Origin: Macrostomum lignano
Lineage: Eukaryota
NCBI GenBank assembly: GCA_002269645.1
Contig: NIVC01000076.1
Span: forward strand, 1-64,000
Direction of reading: 5' to 3'
DNA length: 64,000 bases
Each line of letters begins with the position of its first letter. The first letter of the stretch is position 1. The translations under genes were made by a program, and so were the position numbers. The notes under the pieces were generated by a model. It made no database searches. It was not told the DNA's origin and saw nothing but the letters and a program-made list of their open reading frames with translations. Below, in pieces: positions 12,791 to 25,037 of the stretch.

Positions 12791-13308
12791 TTTACTCGCA
12801 GCCTACACCTAAACGTGATTTTCTCCTTCTGCCTGTCCCATAGAAAGCGAGAATTGCTCAAATTGAGGAAATTTGCATCCGCTATGCTTGTCCCCGTCGT
12901 CAGTCTGTCTCAGCCTTTTCTTCAGTTCAGCGACTCCCTTTTCATTTTCATTTCGCTTTTCCCGCAGCTCTGCAGTAAAAACCCATCGATTATATTGCAG
13001 TTTTCAGCAAGCAAGAGCTGAACAAATAGAAAGAGCTCTGGGGCTCTTGTGAAATAGGGTAAAGAGATTTTCAGCCGAAACGATGGGAAAGTCGGTTGTT
13101 CGGGCCTTCTTTAGTGCAGTGCTCTGCTAAATATTACTCTTTGTGTTCTGCGACTGTTGCTCAGTGTTTGCCTGTGAAAGGCAGGCTTTCGGTCTTGGAG
13201 AAAACTGCAAAAATACCAACTCAATTCAGACTGTTATTATTTGGTTTTTTGCAGATAATATGCAGATAATAACTGGCTAGATGTGTGTTTTCCTAACTCA
13301 CACTACAG

Positions 13309-13990
13309 TTCCCTTCCTCTCTCCCTTCCTCTCTCCCTTCCTCCCTTTCCTTCCTCCCTCCCTTCCTCTCTCCTTTCCTCTCTTCCTTCCTCCCTTCCTT
13401 CCTCCCTCCCTTCCTCCCTCCCTTCCTCCCTCCCTTCCTCCCTCCCTTCCTCTCTCCCTTCCTCTCTCCCTTCCTCCCTTCCTTCCTCCCTCCCTTCCTC
13501 CCTCCCTTCCTTTCTCCTTTCCTCTCTCCCATCCTCCCTTCCTTCCTCCCTCCCTTCCTCCCTCTCTTCCTTTCTCCTTTCCTCTCTTCCTTCCTCCCTT
13601 CCTTCCTCCCTCCCTTCCTCCCTCCCTTCCTCCCTCCCTTCCTCCCTCCCTTCCTTTCTCCTTTCCTCTCTCCCATCCTCCCTTCCTTCCTCCCTCCCTT
13701 CCTCCCTCTCTTCCTTTCTCCTTTCCTCTCTTCCTTCCTCCCTTCCTTCCTCCCTCCCTTCCTCCCTCTCTTCCTTTCTCCTTTCCTCTCTTCCTTCCTC
13801 CCTTCCTTCCTCCCTCCCTTCCTCTCTCCCTTCCTCTCTCCCTTTCTCTCTTCCTCTCTCCCTTCCTCTCTCCCTTCCTCTCTCCCTTCCTCTCTCCCTT
13901 CCTCTCTCCCTTCCTCTCTCCCTTTCTCTATCCTTTTTTCTTCCTTCCTCTTTTCCTTCCTCTCTCCCCCTTGCGCAGTCCCTTCCTCTC
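13309..13990. repeat. Polypyrimidine repeat based on a 12-bp unit (ctcccttcctcc) with higher-order blocks
   Basis: Direct inspection. It explains ORFs 13281-14078. Confidence 0.93.
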
Positions 13991-14859
13991 TTAACTCTCC
14001 TATCTTCCTATCCTTACCTCTCACTTGTTTACTTGAACCCTCGCTGAATTCCGTCGCAGCCCCTGCCTGCGAGCTCACCCAAAAACAACAGCCTGCATGT
14101 CATCCTCCGTTAGTTCGTCTCTCATCCCGCGTCTCCTTCAGTCAGGCCGAATTCGCTAATGAGGAGGAGATCAGGGAGCGGCCGGGAGCCCCGCGGCTGC
14201 AAAGAAGCAGCGGAGTTGGGCCGCCTGTGCAATTTGCTACTCAAAGAGAAAGTCCCAGCTTGCCGAGAGCGCGGCTTGAAACTGGGGAAGCGGGGTTGTA
14301 ATTTCCCCAAATATGCCGCTCGCGAAATTCGCATCCTGTCTTTTTTTACCTATAGATACTCGTATTTTTGAAGGAAGTCAATACTGGGGGCGGGCGCATC
14401 AGGGAACGCTCCTCTACATTTTTGTCCCCTCGGGGCAGGGATGCCGGAACGCAAGCTTCACGCGTCCTGTGCAGCGCTCAGCCAGAGAATAGTGCGCCGA
14501 ATAGTCAGAGTCCGTTGATTTTTTTGCATTTTTCTGATTTTGATTAATATAATGCATGTTGCATAGAAATAACTGCTTTGTGAATAATTGGATTGAAATT
14601 CTTGAATAAGGTTGTCGAATTGAATAAATTTTAGTGACATTCGGAATAATGCATGATTGATTATTAGAGAAAAAGAGAAAAATTCGTGAGAGTTCATCTA
14701 TTTACGTGACTTGAGATATAAATAAAATCTTACTAGTATTACTTACAGTAGAGTGATAAAAGATTGCTAAATTTTGTATACTTTTTATGAGAGTTAGGCA
14801 ACTGCAGAACTCTTAGAAATATACGAGCGTACAAAGAATTATAGCCATCCATATCATGC

Positions 14860-15015
14860 ACTCTCCTCTCCACACACCGTCTCTCTTCTCTCCTCTGCCT
14901 TCCCCTCTCCCCTCTCTACATCCTCTCCCTTCCTCTCCTCTCACCTCACCTCACCTCACCTCCTCTCCTCTCCTCTCACCTCACCTCACCTCCTCTGCTC
15001 TCCTCTCCTCTCTGT
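14860..15015. repeat. CT-rich tract with (ctcac)n/(ctcct)n
   Basis: Direct inspection. Confidence 0.8.
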
Positions 15016-15744
15016 TTATTTTTTGCCTTGGCCCTCTTATCACTTTCGCACCGAAGCAATTATTAAGTAGGATAATAAAAATGCATTTATTAACTTCCCA
15101 GGCACACTGACTGATACAATGCCTTGCACTGGACAAAGGCCTTAGCTCTATAAAAAGGTTCAATGTAGCTTCATATAATTTTTAATAAACCTATTTTGAC
15201 GTTACCCTGTCTTTAACTATCATTGTGCCTGCCTAATATTTTGCGCAGGCTATGAACAACATGCGCTTCTCATATTGGTATGGATCTATCCACCTCAATA
15301 GCCTCCAAGCTTCTCTGTCTGCCCACTCTTCCATTTTTTGCCTTAGAGCTGACAGCTTTGGGGCCTGCTTTTCAAAAAGAGATTAATAAAACCCCGCATT
15401 CATATCGGAGTGTAGACTCCAAGCGGTTTTGCTGCACTGAGAATATAATGGAGTAGAGGAGATGCAGTTTCTAATAAGCACGCAAAACTCTATCCAAGGA
15501 CATCTGACAAATTTGGACTAGTAGCTCGTAGAAGTCTGTACCCCAACGCCAAGTCTTGCGAAATTTGCCACACAAGAGGAATTGACGAAATTAGAGGGAC
15601 ACCTTTACTGATTTATGAACTACTTCAAAACGACGCATGACCCTTACTTTAGCGTCTAATGTAATTGTACCGTAGAAAAAATTCTCAACCATTTATAACA
15701 AGTTGAAAAGTTTTGAATAGAAATTCACTGCAATGCTGTTTTTT

Positions 15745-16270
15745 ACCGTCTTCTCCTCTCTTCTCTTCTTCTCTCGTCTGCTCTCCTTTCCTCTGCTCTG
15801 CTCTCCTCTCCTCTCCTCTCCTCTCCTCTCCTCTCCTCTCCTCTCCTCTCCTCTTCTCTCTTCTCCTCTCCTCTCCTCTTCTCTTCCCTCCTCTCCTCTC
15901 CTCTCCTCTCCTCTCCTCTCTTCTTCTCTCCTCTCCTCTTCTCTCCTCTCTTCTCCTCTCCTCTCCTCTCCTCTTCTCTTCCCTCCTCTCCTCTCTTCTC
16001 CTCTCCTCTCCTCTTCTCTCCTCTCCTCTCCTCTCCTCTCCTCTCCTCTCCTCTCCTCTCCTCTCCTCTCCTCTCCTCTCCTCTCCTTTCCTCTCCTCTC
16101 CTGTCCTCTCCTCTCCTCTCCTCATCTCTTCTCATCCATTCATCCACTCATTTAATACCATTTCCTATCATCCTCTCATCTCATTTTATCGCATCTCATC
16201 TCATTTCATCTCATCTCATCTACTTATTTCGTTTCATTACCTCTCTTCTTTCATTCTTTCTATTCTATCT
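15745..16270. repeat. (CTCCT)n pentanucleotide microsatellite grading into (tctca)-like repeats
   Basis: Direct inspection. Confidence 0.93.
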
Positions 16271-16531
16271 TTTTATCTCATCTAATTTTCCTTTCTCGCA
16301 TGTCATCTCCTTTTTTGTTGGCAGGATTTTTTATGTGGGTACAGGTCTACTTCCAGTCCAGATAGTTCAAAGCCACGGCCAAAGCCACACTGCACTGCTA
16401 TTTCATCTAGCTAGTCTCTCTCTCTCTCCCTCTCTCTCCAAGGTGTCTGCTGCATGTCTACCTCGCTCTCCATCTCTTGCCCAATAATACTGTCAGAGGG
16501 GTGTGAGTGAGCAATCCGCGCACTGAGCCAG

Positions 16532-16537
16532 TATAAA
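16532..16537 (+). promoter_or_regulatory. Candidate TATA box for the RING/TRAF-like gene
   Basis: tataaa about 90 bp upstream of gagccATGg. Position only, no functional evidence. Confidence 0.25.
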
Positions 16538-16626
16538 CAGACTTCAATAGTGCTGTTTTTTAAAGACAGCTTTTCAAGAGAGAGCCAGACAGCCGCAGAG
16601 CCGTCAGGTCAGTCAGGCTCTGAGCC

Positions 16627-17090
16627 ATGGGCTACAAGCTGACTCTGTTTCCAAATGCGGACTCCATCAAATCCGAGGTGAAGTGTTCAGCCTGCGGCTG
16701 CGTTCTGGAGAGCCCGGTCTGCCTGCCGTGCTCCGGTCAGCACCTGGTCTGCAGCACCTGCCTGCTCAGAAAATCCACCGGCCGGCAGAAACTGTTCCGC
16801 TGCCCGAGTTGTCACGATCGAATCGTGCTGGATAATTCTGGAGAAGATCCGAGTCTTGAGCAGCTGCTCAATGGTAAAGGCGTGCCGAACTGGATCCGGG
16901 TTGAGCTGGCCAGCCTCCGCCTGTCCTGTCCGAAACGCTGCGGCTCGACTGGCCTGCGACTGTCCGAGCTTGGCCGCCATTTTGGCGCCAACTGCGGCAA
17001 GACGGAGGTCGCTTGCGGCCATGCCGGCTGCGCCAAGGTGTACAGAAGGGAGCTGGCTGAACAGCACGACTCCGAGTGCCCGTTCAAGCG
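16627..17090 (+). CDS. RING finger / TRAF-type zinc finger protein, exon 1 (RING + TRAF zinc fingers)
   Basis: Kozak gccATGg. RING-like CSAC...PCSGQHLVCSTC...CPSC, then TRAF-type fingers CPKRC...H...CGKTEVACGHAGC...QHDSECP. Donor cg|gtgaga (phase 2). Confidence 0.85.
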
Positions 17091-17332
17091 GTGAGACGGG
17101 GTAGGGTTGGTGTGAGACTTGTGGTGAGACTGGTGAGGACTTTGAGATAGGATAGTTGGAGATCAACATTGCACTGTGTCGAAAATGCTTGTGAATCACT
17201 TTAGGCTCACAACTGAAAGAGATTCTTGAGGGAACAGAATGCTAGCTCGTGTAGAATGGGATAGAATGAGCCATATTTAGAAAGGCCATAATCCATAGCC
17301 CAAAACCCTTCCCAATCAATCATCCAATTTAG

Positions 17333-17479
17333 AGTGGAATGTCGAGTCTGCAAGAAGCAGATGCTGAACAAAGACTTGATGGCGCACCAGGTGAAAGCTC
17401 GGTGCCACGATTTAGAGCTGAAATTGGCCAGAAAACAGTGCATGAAGCAGTGCAACAAGGACGTGCTGGAGCACTACAG
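17333..17479 (+). CDS. RING/TRAF-like gene, exon 2
   Basis: Acceptor aatttag|a. (R)VECRVCKKQMLNKDLMAHQVKARC continues the TRAF zinc finger. Donor ag|gtaagc. Phases 2/2 are consistent. Confidence 0.8.
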
Positions 17480-17571
17480 GTAAGCTTCAGTTGACGATGC
17501 CACCAAATTTTAAATTTTACTGTGTAACTCATTATTTCTGGAGTTAAAATAACTTTGAATTGTCTCAACAG

Positions 17572-17797
17572 ACAACTGCGTGAGCACAGTCTAGTAACAA
17601 TGCAGGAATTTCGGCGCACCGAGTTGTGCCACCTGGAGCGGATGGGTGTGCAAGGCTTCGCCCGACGCCAGCCGCTGCCTCACCTGACCGCGGTCGCCAG
17701 CTTGAACAGCTGCGACGCTATGAAACGCTGCGAACGCTGCAGGCGGGTCTTCAACTGCGATTCCAATCACGAGACCGCCTGCAGGTGGCACGGAGGG
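17572..17797 (+). CDS. RING/TRAF-like gene, exon 3
   Basis: Acceptor tctcaacag|a. (R)QLREHSLVTMQEF...KRCERCRRVFNCDSNHETACRWHGG. Donor ggg|gtgaga (phase 0). Confidence 0.78.
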
Positions 17798-17869
17798 GTG
17801 AGACTCTTTTTTTCAATTTTACTAGCATTTTTGATATGCTTTAAGAGGATTTTTCATCGCAATGCTGTA

Positions 17870-18320
17870 ATAGCAAGACACGAAATAGACGCGTGATTCA
17901 AGATCAAATGGTAGTTGTAGTTTCCTCGGGGATTCTCCGTCTTCCGTCGCAAAAGTATCGATTATATAGCAAGGCACGAGGTATTCGCGTGATTCAAGGT
18001 CAAATAGTAGGTGTGGTTTCTTCAGGAATTCTTTGTCAGCTGTCGCAATATTATCGATTATGTAGCAAGACACCTTAAACCCGTATTTGAACTTGAACTC
18101 TCGTCTCTCTCGTCGAAAGAGATAGGCGCATGGGTTCAAGTTCAAATACAGGTTCAAGGTCAAATACGGTTTCAAGGCCATGGGTTCAAGGTCAGATTCG
18201 AGGTCATAGTTTAATGTGGTTTTCTCTAGGATTCTTCGCCGCCATAAATGATTACTAGCAAGGCACGAAATAGTCGCGTGATTCAAGGTCAAATAGTTAG
18301 CGTGGGTTCCTCGGGGATTC
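17870..18320. repeat. Diverged ~95-100 bp repeat (tagcaaggcacgaaatag.cgcgtgattcaaggtcaaatag...) with an internal inverted repeat
   Basis: Related copies start at about 17871, 17967, 18062 and 18256. The dyad is tatttgaacttgaac ... gttcaagttcaaata (18085-18148). Confidence 0.65.
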
Positions 18321-19199
18321 TCCTTCGCGATACTCATGCTGCATAATCAGTGAGTGCTCCGCTCAATATCGGTACTCCTTAGTCTTCTACTGTACGAGCT
18401 ACTTATACACAGCGGTAGAAGGATCTAAAGAGTTTTCCCCCAAAGTATTTTTTCCACAGTCTCCCGTTTAAACAAAGCAAACTTTAAACTCTTTAACCCG
18501 CTATTGCCAATTTTCTTTCCAGCCGGTAAGTCAACGCGCACGATGGAGGATGAAAGTCAAACATTGGCAAAGTCTACGGGAAAGCCTTCAGGGATGCATT
18601 CGCTAAGTCTTACATCAGTACTTAGTTTTTGGTGCTTAAGCACTCTCCACAAGCTAGTGCTGAAGAATTTTGATAACAGTATTTCACAATTCTCTGTGCA
18701 CCTTATCATGTGGTTGTGCCGCCCCAGTACGCTTATCTCAAACTGCGCTGCAGGGACTCAAATTGGGCTGCAGTGACTCAAAAATTACTTACAAAAAACC
18801 CAATTTTCGACTCTTTATAATTTCATATCACACGAGCGCAACTTGAAAATGGAAACGCTGTCCTCAACTGAAATTTCTCAGATTGTAAGTTGATTAAAAC
18901 AGGTACCTGACCAAAAATGTTGAACCCTACAGACAACCTTTTAATGAGTTTAATCGTTAATTTAAATTTCAGATTCAAGTAAGTTCGTTGTCAAGCCTAA
19001 AGTGAAACTCACTAGTTTGTCGCTTCAATGTTCGAAAAGATTATAACAACGTTATTACCAACAACGCCTCGATTCTCTGCGCGAAACTTCATTTCAGACT
19101 TTCGGGGTGAGTTTCATCGATCGGTAATGATTTTTCTTTGTTTTCTTCGAGTTGAAATCGAACGCACAATATTAAATTCTGAGGCCCTCTACTATAGAC

Positions 19200-19905
19200 A
19201 TTGGCGCCCCCAATATCTAGAAATCGGCGCCCCCATCTAGATAGAAATTGGCACCACATCAAGATAGAAATCGGCTCCCCCATCCTGATAGAAATCGGCG
19301 CCCCCAATATCTAGAAATCGGCGTTCCCAGTATCTTGAGATCAGCGTTTCCCCAATATCTAGAAATCGGCGTTCCCAGTATCTTGAGATCAGCGTTTCCC
19401 CAATATCTAGAAATCGGCGTTCCCAGTATCTTGAGATCAGCGTTTCCCCAATATCTAGAAATCGGCGTTCCCAGTATCTTGAGATCAGCGTTTCCCCAAT
19501 ATCTAGAAATCGGCGCCCTCAATATGTAGAAATTGGCCCCCCAATATCTAGAAATTGGCTACCCCATCTGGATAGAATTTAGCGCCCCCATCAAGATAGA
19601 ATTCGGCGCCCCCAATATCTAGAAATCGGCGCCCCCATCTAGATAGAATTGGCGCCCCCATCCAGATGGAATTAGACGCCCCCATCAAGATAGAAATCGG
19701 CGCCGCCCATCAAGATAGAAATCGGCGCCCCCATCCAGATAGAAATCGGCGCCCCCATCAAGATAGAAATCGGCGCCCCCAATATCTAGAAATCGGCTCA
19801 GCCATCTAGATAGAATTGGCGCCCTTACCTAGATAGAAATCGGCGCTCCCAATATCTAGAAATCGGCTCAGCCATCTAGATAGATTTCGGTGCCCAATCT
19901 AAACT
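19200..19905. repeat. 23-24 bp GGCGCC-core minisatellite (ggcgcccccaatatctagaaatc) with a 48-bp higher-order block
   Basis: Direct inspection. The 48-bp dimer is repeated about 4 times at 19300-19510. Confidence 0.93.
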
Positions 19906-19935
19906 TTGGCGCTCCCCTCCAACACGCCGCCGCAG

Positions 19936-20112
19936 GGTCTCTGCCTGGCCTGCGGCAAGCCCTCGCACACGCCCGGCTGTATTCTCAGCGCTCATCGCGA
20001 GTTCCTGCCGCCTCTGCTGTCTGCAACGCGACGACAGCAGCAGCATCAGAGTAACCGTGGCAATGCTTCATCATATGAAGCAGCGTCGACTGCTGCACCA
20101 ATAAGCGTTTGA
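19936..20112 (+). CDS. RING/TRAF-like gene, exon 4 (terminal)
   Basis: Acceptor ccgccgcag|ggt, phase 0 matching the exon 3 donor. GLCLACGKPSHTPGCILSAH completes a Cys/His motif. Stop tga at 20110-20112 and aataaa at 20130. Joined CDS is 1014 nt = 337 aa + stop. Confidence 0.7.
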   Translation, partial: GLCLACGKPSHTPGCILSAHREFLPPLLSATRRQQQHQSNRGNASSYEAASTAAPISV

Positions 20113-20477
20113 AAATAAGACAACCAAAAAATAAAATTTAGAAACGCGTTCCAACTGCACTACTGACTTGTAGATTATTCAGTAGCAAGTTCAGACTTTT
20201 ACCGTACGTATAATAATATTCGAAGCATGCTCTATCGCACAGAAATGCTAAGTTGGACGTTGAATTTTAGTTTCACTTAAAATTTTCTGTTCTCTAGTAG
20301 AAATTTTAAAAGCGCACTGCCTTTTCCTGGCGTAGATTTTCTTTTATAGACCGTTTTCTTTTAAGGAAAATTATGTGAAATTAAATTTTGTTTAATAGAA
20401 AGCATGGATCCTACTGTATCTCATGCTTGGGTAAAATCAGCAAATACGAGCGTACGAGCTAACTTCATCTTGATTGT

Positions 20478-21545
20478 TAGAGATAGAGATAGAGATGAAG
20501 GGACATTGGGAGATGAAAGGACATGGAGAAATGAAGGGACATGGAGAGATGAATGGAGATGGAGAGATGAAGGGACATTGTGAGATGAAGGGATATGGAG
20601 ATATGAAGGGACATGGAGAGATGAAGGGAGATGGAGAGATGAAGGGACATTGGGAGGTGCAGGGAGATGGAGAGACGAATGGAGATGGAGAGATGAATGG
20701 AGATGGAGAGATGAAGGGACATGGAGAGATGAATGGAGATGGAGAGATGAATGGAGATGGAGAGATGAATGGAGATGGAGAGATGAAGGGACATTGGGAA
20801 ATGAAGAGATATGGAGAGATGAAGGGAGATGGAGAGACGAATGGAGATGGAGAGATGAAGGGACACTGGGAGATGAAGGGATATGGAGATATGAAGGGAC
20901 ATGGAGAGATGAAGGGAGATGGAGAGATGAAGGGACATTGGGAGGTGCAGGGAGATGGAGAGACGAATGGAGATGGAGAGATGAATGGAGATGGAGAGAT
21001 GAAGGGACATGGAGAGATGAATTGAGATGGAGAGATGAATGGAGATGGAGAGATGAATGGAGATGGAGAGATGAATGGAGATGGAGAGATGAATGGAGAT
21101 GGAGAGATGAAGGGACATTGGGAAATGAAGAGATATGGAGAGATGAAGGGAGATGGAGAGACGAATGGAGATGGAGAGATGAAGGGACACTGGGAGATGA
21201 AGGGAGATGGAGAGACGAATGGAGATGGAGAGATGAATGGAGATGGAGAGATAAAGGGACATTGGGAAATGAAGGGATATGGAGATATGAAGGGACATGG
21301 AGAGATGAAGGGAGATGGAGAGATGAAGGGACATTGGGAAATGAAGGGAGATGGAGATATGAAGGGACATGGAGAGATGAAGGGATATGGAGATATGAAG
21401 GAACATTGGGAGATGAAGGGAGATGGAGAGACGAATGGAGATGGAGAGATGAATGGAGATGGAGAGATGAAGGGACATTGGGAAATGAAGGGATATGAAG
21501 AGATGAAGGGACATGGAGAGATGAAATTAGGAAATTGAGAGATAA
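20478..21545. repeat. 18-bp purine-rich minisatellite (ggagagatgaagggacat / ggagagatgaatggagat)
   Basis: Direct inspection. Confidence 0.95.
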
Positions 21546-22884
21546 AGGGCCATGGAGAGATCAAAGGACATGAAAAGATGCAAGGAAATGGAGTTATGAA
21601 GGTAGAAAGGGAGATAAAAGAAGACAAACCGTATAAAACAATACAAAAGTGCAACTGAGAATAAGTCGTTTACCTCATTGAGCAAAACCAGTCAACATCG
21701 CCGTCACTTCCCATTCGAATATAAATCCAAAACTCCCATGTCAAGGGACCCTAGCATTCAAGGAGGTTTTTTGCTTGCAAAAGTTAGAGTTGCCCAGCTG
21801 GATACCGAAGCGCCTCTCTCTCTCTGGGTGGTTGTTAAAGCCCCCTGCACCCATATGCAGGTAGTGCAAGGCATGGCTAAAAATGTCTCTATGCCGAAGC
21901 GTCAGCTGCCGCTTTGAAGACGCAGCCCCACCTGCTGAAAATGTGTCATTCCGGTCAGGAAAATACAGCAGGAATGGTTGGTAGGGAAGCGGAGGGGAGG
22001 CGGAGGCCTTCGCCAGCATACCAGTGTGACACCCACATCTGCCGGCCACATGCGAACTTGTGGGTTTGGGTGGCAGCGGTGTCTCTCTGGGCTGGGATCG
22101 GCTGTGAAAGCTGAATCCTTGAACCTAGGAACAGATTTTCACACCTTTCCAAGCAATGCAGTACCGCCAGGAGCTGCTTCTGTCTGTGGACAGTAAGTTG
22201 CCACTTCTCAGCATTGAGTCCTGTGTTTTTTGGAAGTTTATACAGCTGTTTTTATCAACTTCATCAGCCTTCGGCTTCAATACGAAAGAAAGAAAATGTA
22301 TGTATGAAAGGAATTGCCGAGTTTTGGCCATAGACACTCGTCAGACTTATGAGTTGCCGTCTCACAGCCAGCTCTGAGGCAATTCTGCAGGCAAGCACTC
22401 GTACGAGTACACACGCTCACACGGGTGTACAGCCCCTGAGTGTGGTTTGGCCCTCGTGTGCTTGAATCTCGCGACCTATAGTGCCTACAGTGCTGCAAAG
22501 TATTAAAAAATGAATAATTTCACATTTTATCCGACGCAAGCATTATGCTCAGAAGCTGCTACTATTTATTATACGAACTGTTTATTTTTTACACACACAC
22601 GAATTACACAATTTTTGATAGCGAGTGTTCGAAAAACATAATTAGCCGACTTCGATGGTTCGGTTGCCATGCCTTGGTGGGTGGGGGGTGTCGTATCTGC
22701 CGCCTCGGTGCTCACAAGAAAATCCACCGATACGAGAGAGAGTGCGAGTTGAACTGATGACTAAAAACGATTTTACAAATCAGTTGAAACTTTGCTTTGC
22801 GAATACCGGTATGCATAGCATTGCGTTGCAATTGGTATTAGATAGTTTTGTGTCTGCGATTTACAGGTAAGTGAAATCCAAGTC

Positions 22885-23070
22885 TTCCCGCGGGTGAGAG
22901 ATGGAGATTAGAGTGGGATAAACGAAAATTTGGGTGAGATAGACGGAGATTAGGATGAGATAGACGGGGATTAGGGTGAGACAGATGGAGATTAGGGGTG
23001 AGATAGACGGGGATTAGAGTGAGATAGACAGAGATTAGGGTGAGATAGACGGAGATTAGGTGTGATAGAT
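22885..23070. repeat. Short 21-bp minisatellite (gggtgagatagacggagatta)
   Basis: About 8 degenerate copies. Confidence 0.85.
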
Positions 23071-23559
23071 CGAGCACATGCACCAGCAGAATTGGACAGA
23101 TTTCACTGCAGTCAAACAAAATGAACAGAATTACATTTAGAAGTTGGACAGGCTTGAGGATTGCCGAGAGCCATTAGTCAAAGTTTGCGTTGGTACGAAT
23201 TGGCAAGTAGGCAGCTGTGCTGTAAGTATCATCTAAAATTGAATAACTAAGCATGAGATTTGACAGTTCCATCGTGCACACAACAATTTAAAGCGAAGGG
23301 CATCAAGTCTTTGCGAGCATCAATTATCGTGTGTGAGGGATAAAATAACATGCAAATAAACAAGGTAGCAAGAAATTTGATAAAAAAATTGTTACACCTA
23401 TCGCTACAGAGAGTTGCCATTCAATCAAAACAGAGATTTTCAATATAATTGCGGATGTAAAATTTTAACAGAAAAGCGAGTCATTTAAACAGGGATTGTT
23501 TCACTTAGCAATGATTGTCGATTTTGACTATTTTTTGGATAGACACCACCTCCTGAGTC

Positions 23560-24937
23560 CTGGGCCCCATGGACACCAACTCCTTGGCGTCATAGGCACC
23601 AACTCTTTGGCGCCATAGACACCAACTCTTTGGCGTCATGGACACCAACTCTTTGGCGTCATGGACACCAACTCTTTGGCGCCATGGACACCAACTCTTT
23701 GGCGCCATGGACACCAACTCTTTGGCGTCATGGACACCAACTCCTTGGCGCCATAGACACCAACTCTTTGGCGCCATGGACACCAACTCTTTGGCGCCAT
23801 AGACACCAACTCTTTGGCGTCATGGACACCAACTCTTTGGCGCCATGGACACCAACTCTTTGGCGCCATGGACACCAACTCTTTGGCGCCATAGACACCA
23901 ACTCTTTGGCGTCATGGACACCAACTCTTTGGCGCCATGGACACCAACTCTTTGGCGCCATGGACACCAACTCTTTGGCGCCATAGACACCAACTCTTTG
24001 GCGCCATAGACACCAACTCTTTAGCGCCATGGACATCAACTCTTTGGCGCCATGGACACCAACTCTTTAGCGCCATGAACACCAACTCTTTAGCGCCATG
24101 GACACCAACTCTTTAGCGCCATGGACACCAACTCTTTGGCGCCATGGACACCAACTCTTTGGCGCCATAGACACTAACTCTTTGGCGCCATGGACACCAA
24201 CTCTTTGGCGCCATAGACACCAACTCTTTGGCGCCATAGACACCAACTCTTTGGCGCCATAGACACCAACTCTTTGGCGCCATAGACACTAACTCTTTGG
24301 CGCCATGGACACCAACTCTTTGGCGCCATAGACAACAACTCTTTGGCGCCATAGACACCAACTCTTTGGCGCCATAGACACCAACTCTTTGGCGCCATGG
24401 ACACCAACTCTTTGGCGTCATGGACACCAACTCTTTGGCGCCATGGACACCAACTCTTTGGCGCCATGGACACCAACTCTTTGGCGCCATAGACACCAAC
24501 TCTTTGGCGCCATAGACACCAACTCTTTAGCGCCATGGACATCAACTCTTTGGCGCCATGGACACCAACTCTTTAGCGCCATGAACACCAACTCTTTAGC
24601 GCCATGGACACCAACTCTTTAGCGCCATGGACACCAACTCTTTGGCGCCATGGACACCAACTCTTTGGCGCCATAGACACTAACTCTTTGGCGCCATGGA
24701 CACCAACTCTTTGGCGCCATAGACACCAACTCTTTGGCGCCATAGACACCAACTCTTTGGCGCCATAGACACTAACTCTTTGGCGCCATAGACACTAACT
24801 CTTTGGCGCCATGGACACCAACTCTTTGGCGCCATAGACACCAACTCTTTGGCGCCATAGACACCAACTCTTTGGCGCCATAGACACCAACTCTTTGGCG
24901 CCATGGACACCAACTCTTTGGCGCCATAGACACCAAC
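23560..24937. repeat. 23-bp GGCGCC-core minisatellite (ggcgccatggacaccaactcttt), about 60 copies
   Basis: Direct inspection. Confidence 0.97.
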
Positions 24938-25037
24938 CCTTGACATAATCACTTTTAGACGCTTTAAAGGAGAACAATTTGCAACAATGCAATAAAATAC
25001 AAGCAAAAAGCAAGCTAAGAATTCAGAGTCAAGAGGA

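Noticed and set aside
18490-19030. piggyBac- or Kolobok-like TTAA-flanked element ends (ttaacccg at about 18495; ttaaagggg at about 29744)
   Set aside because: I found no matching partner terminus or TSD by eye.
21660-22870. Short ORFs and gtaagt donors suggesting a further gene
   Set aside because: No recognisable motif and no phase-consistent exon chain.
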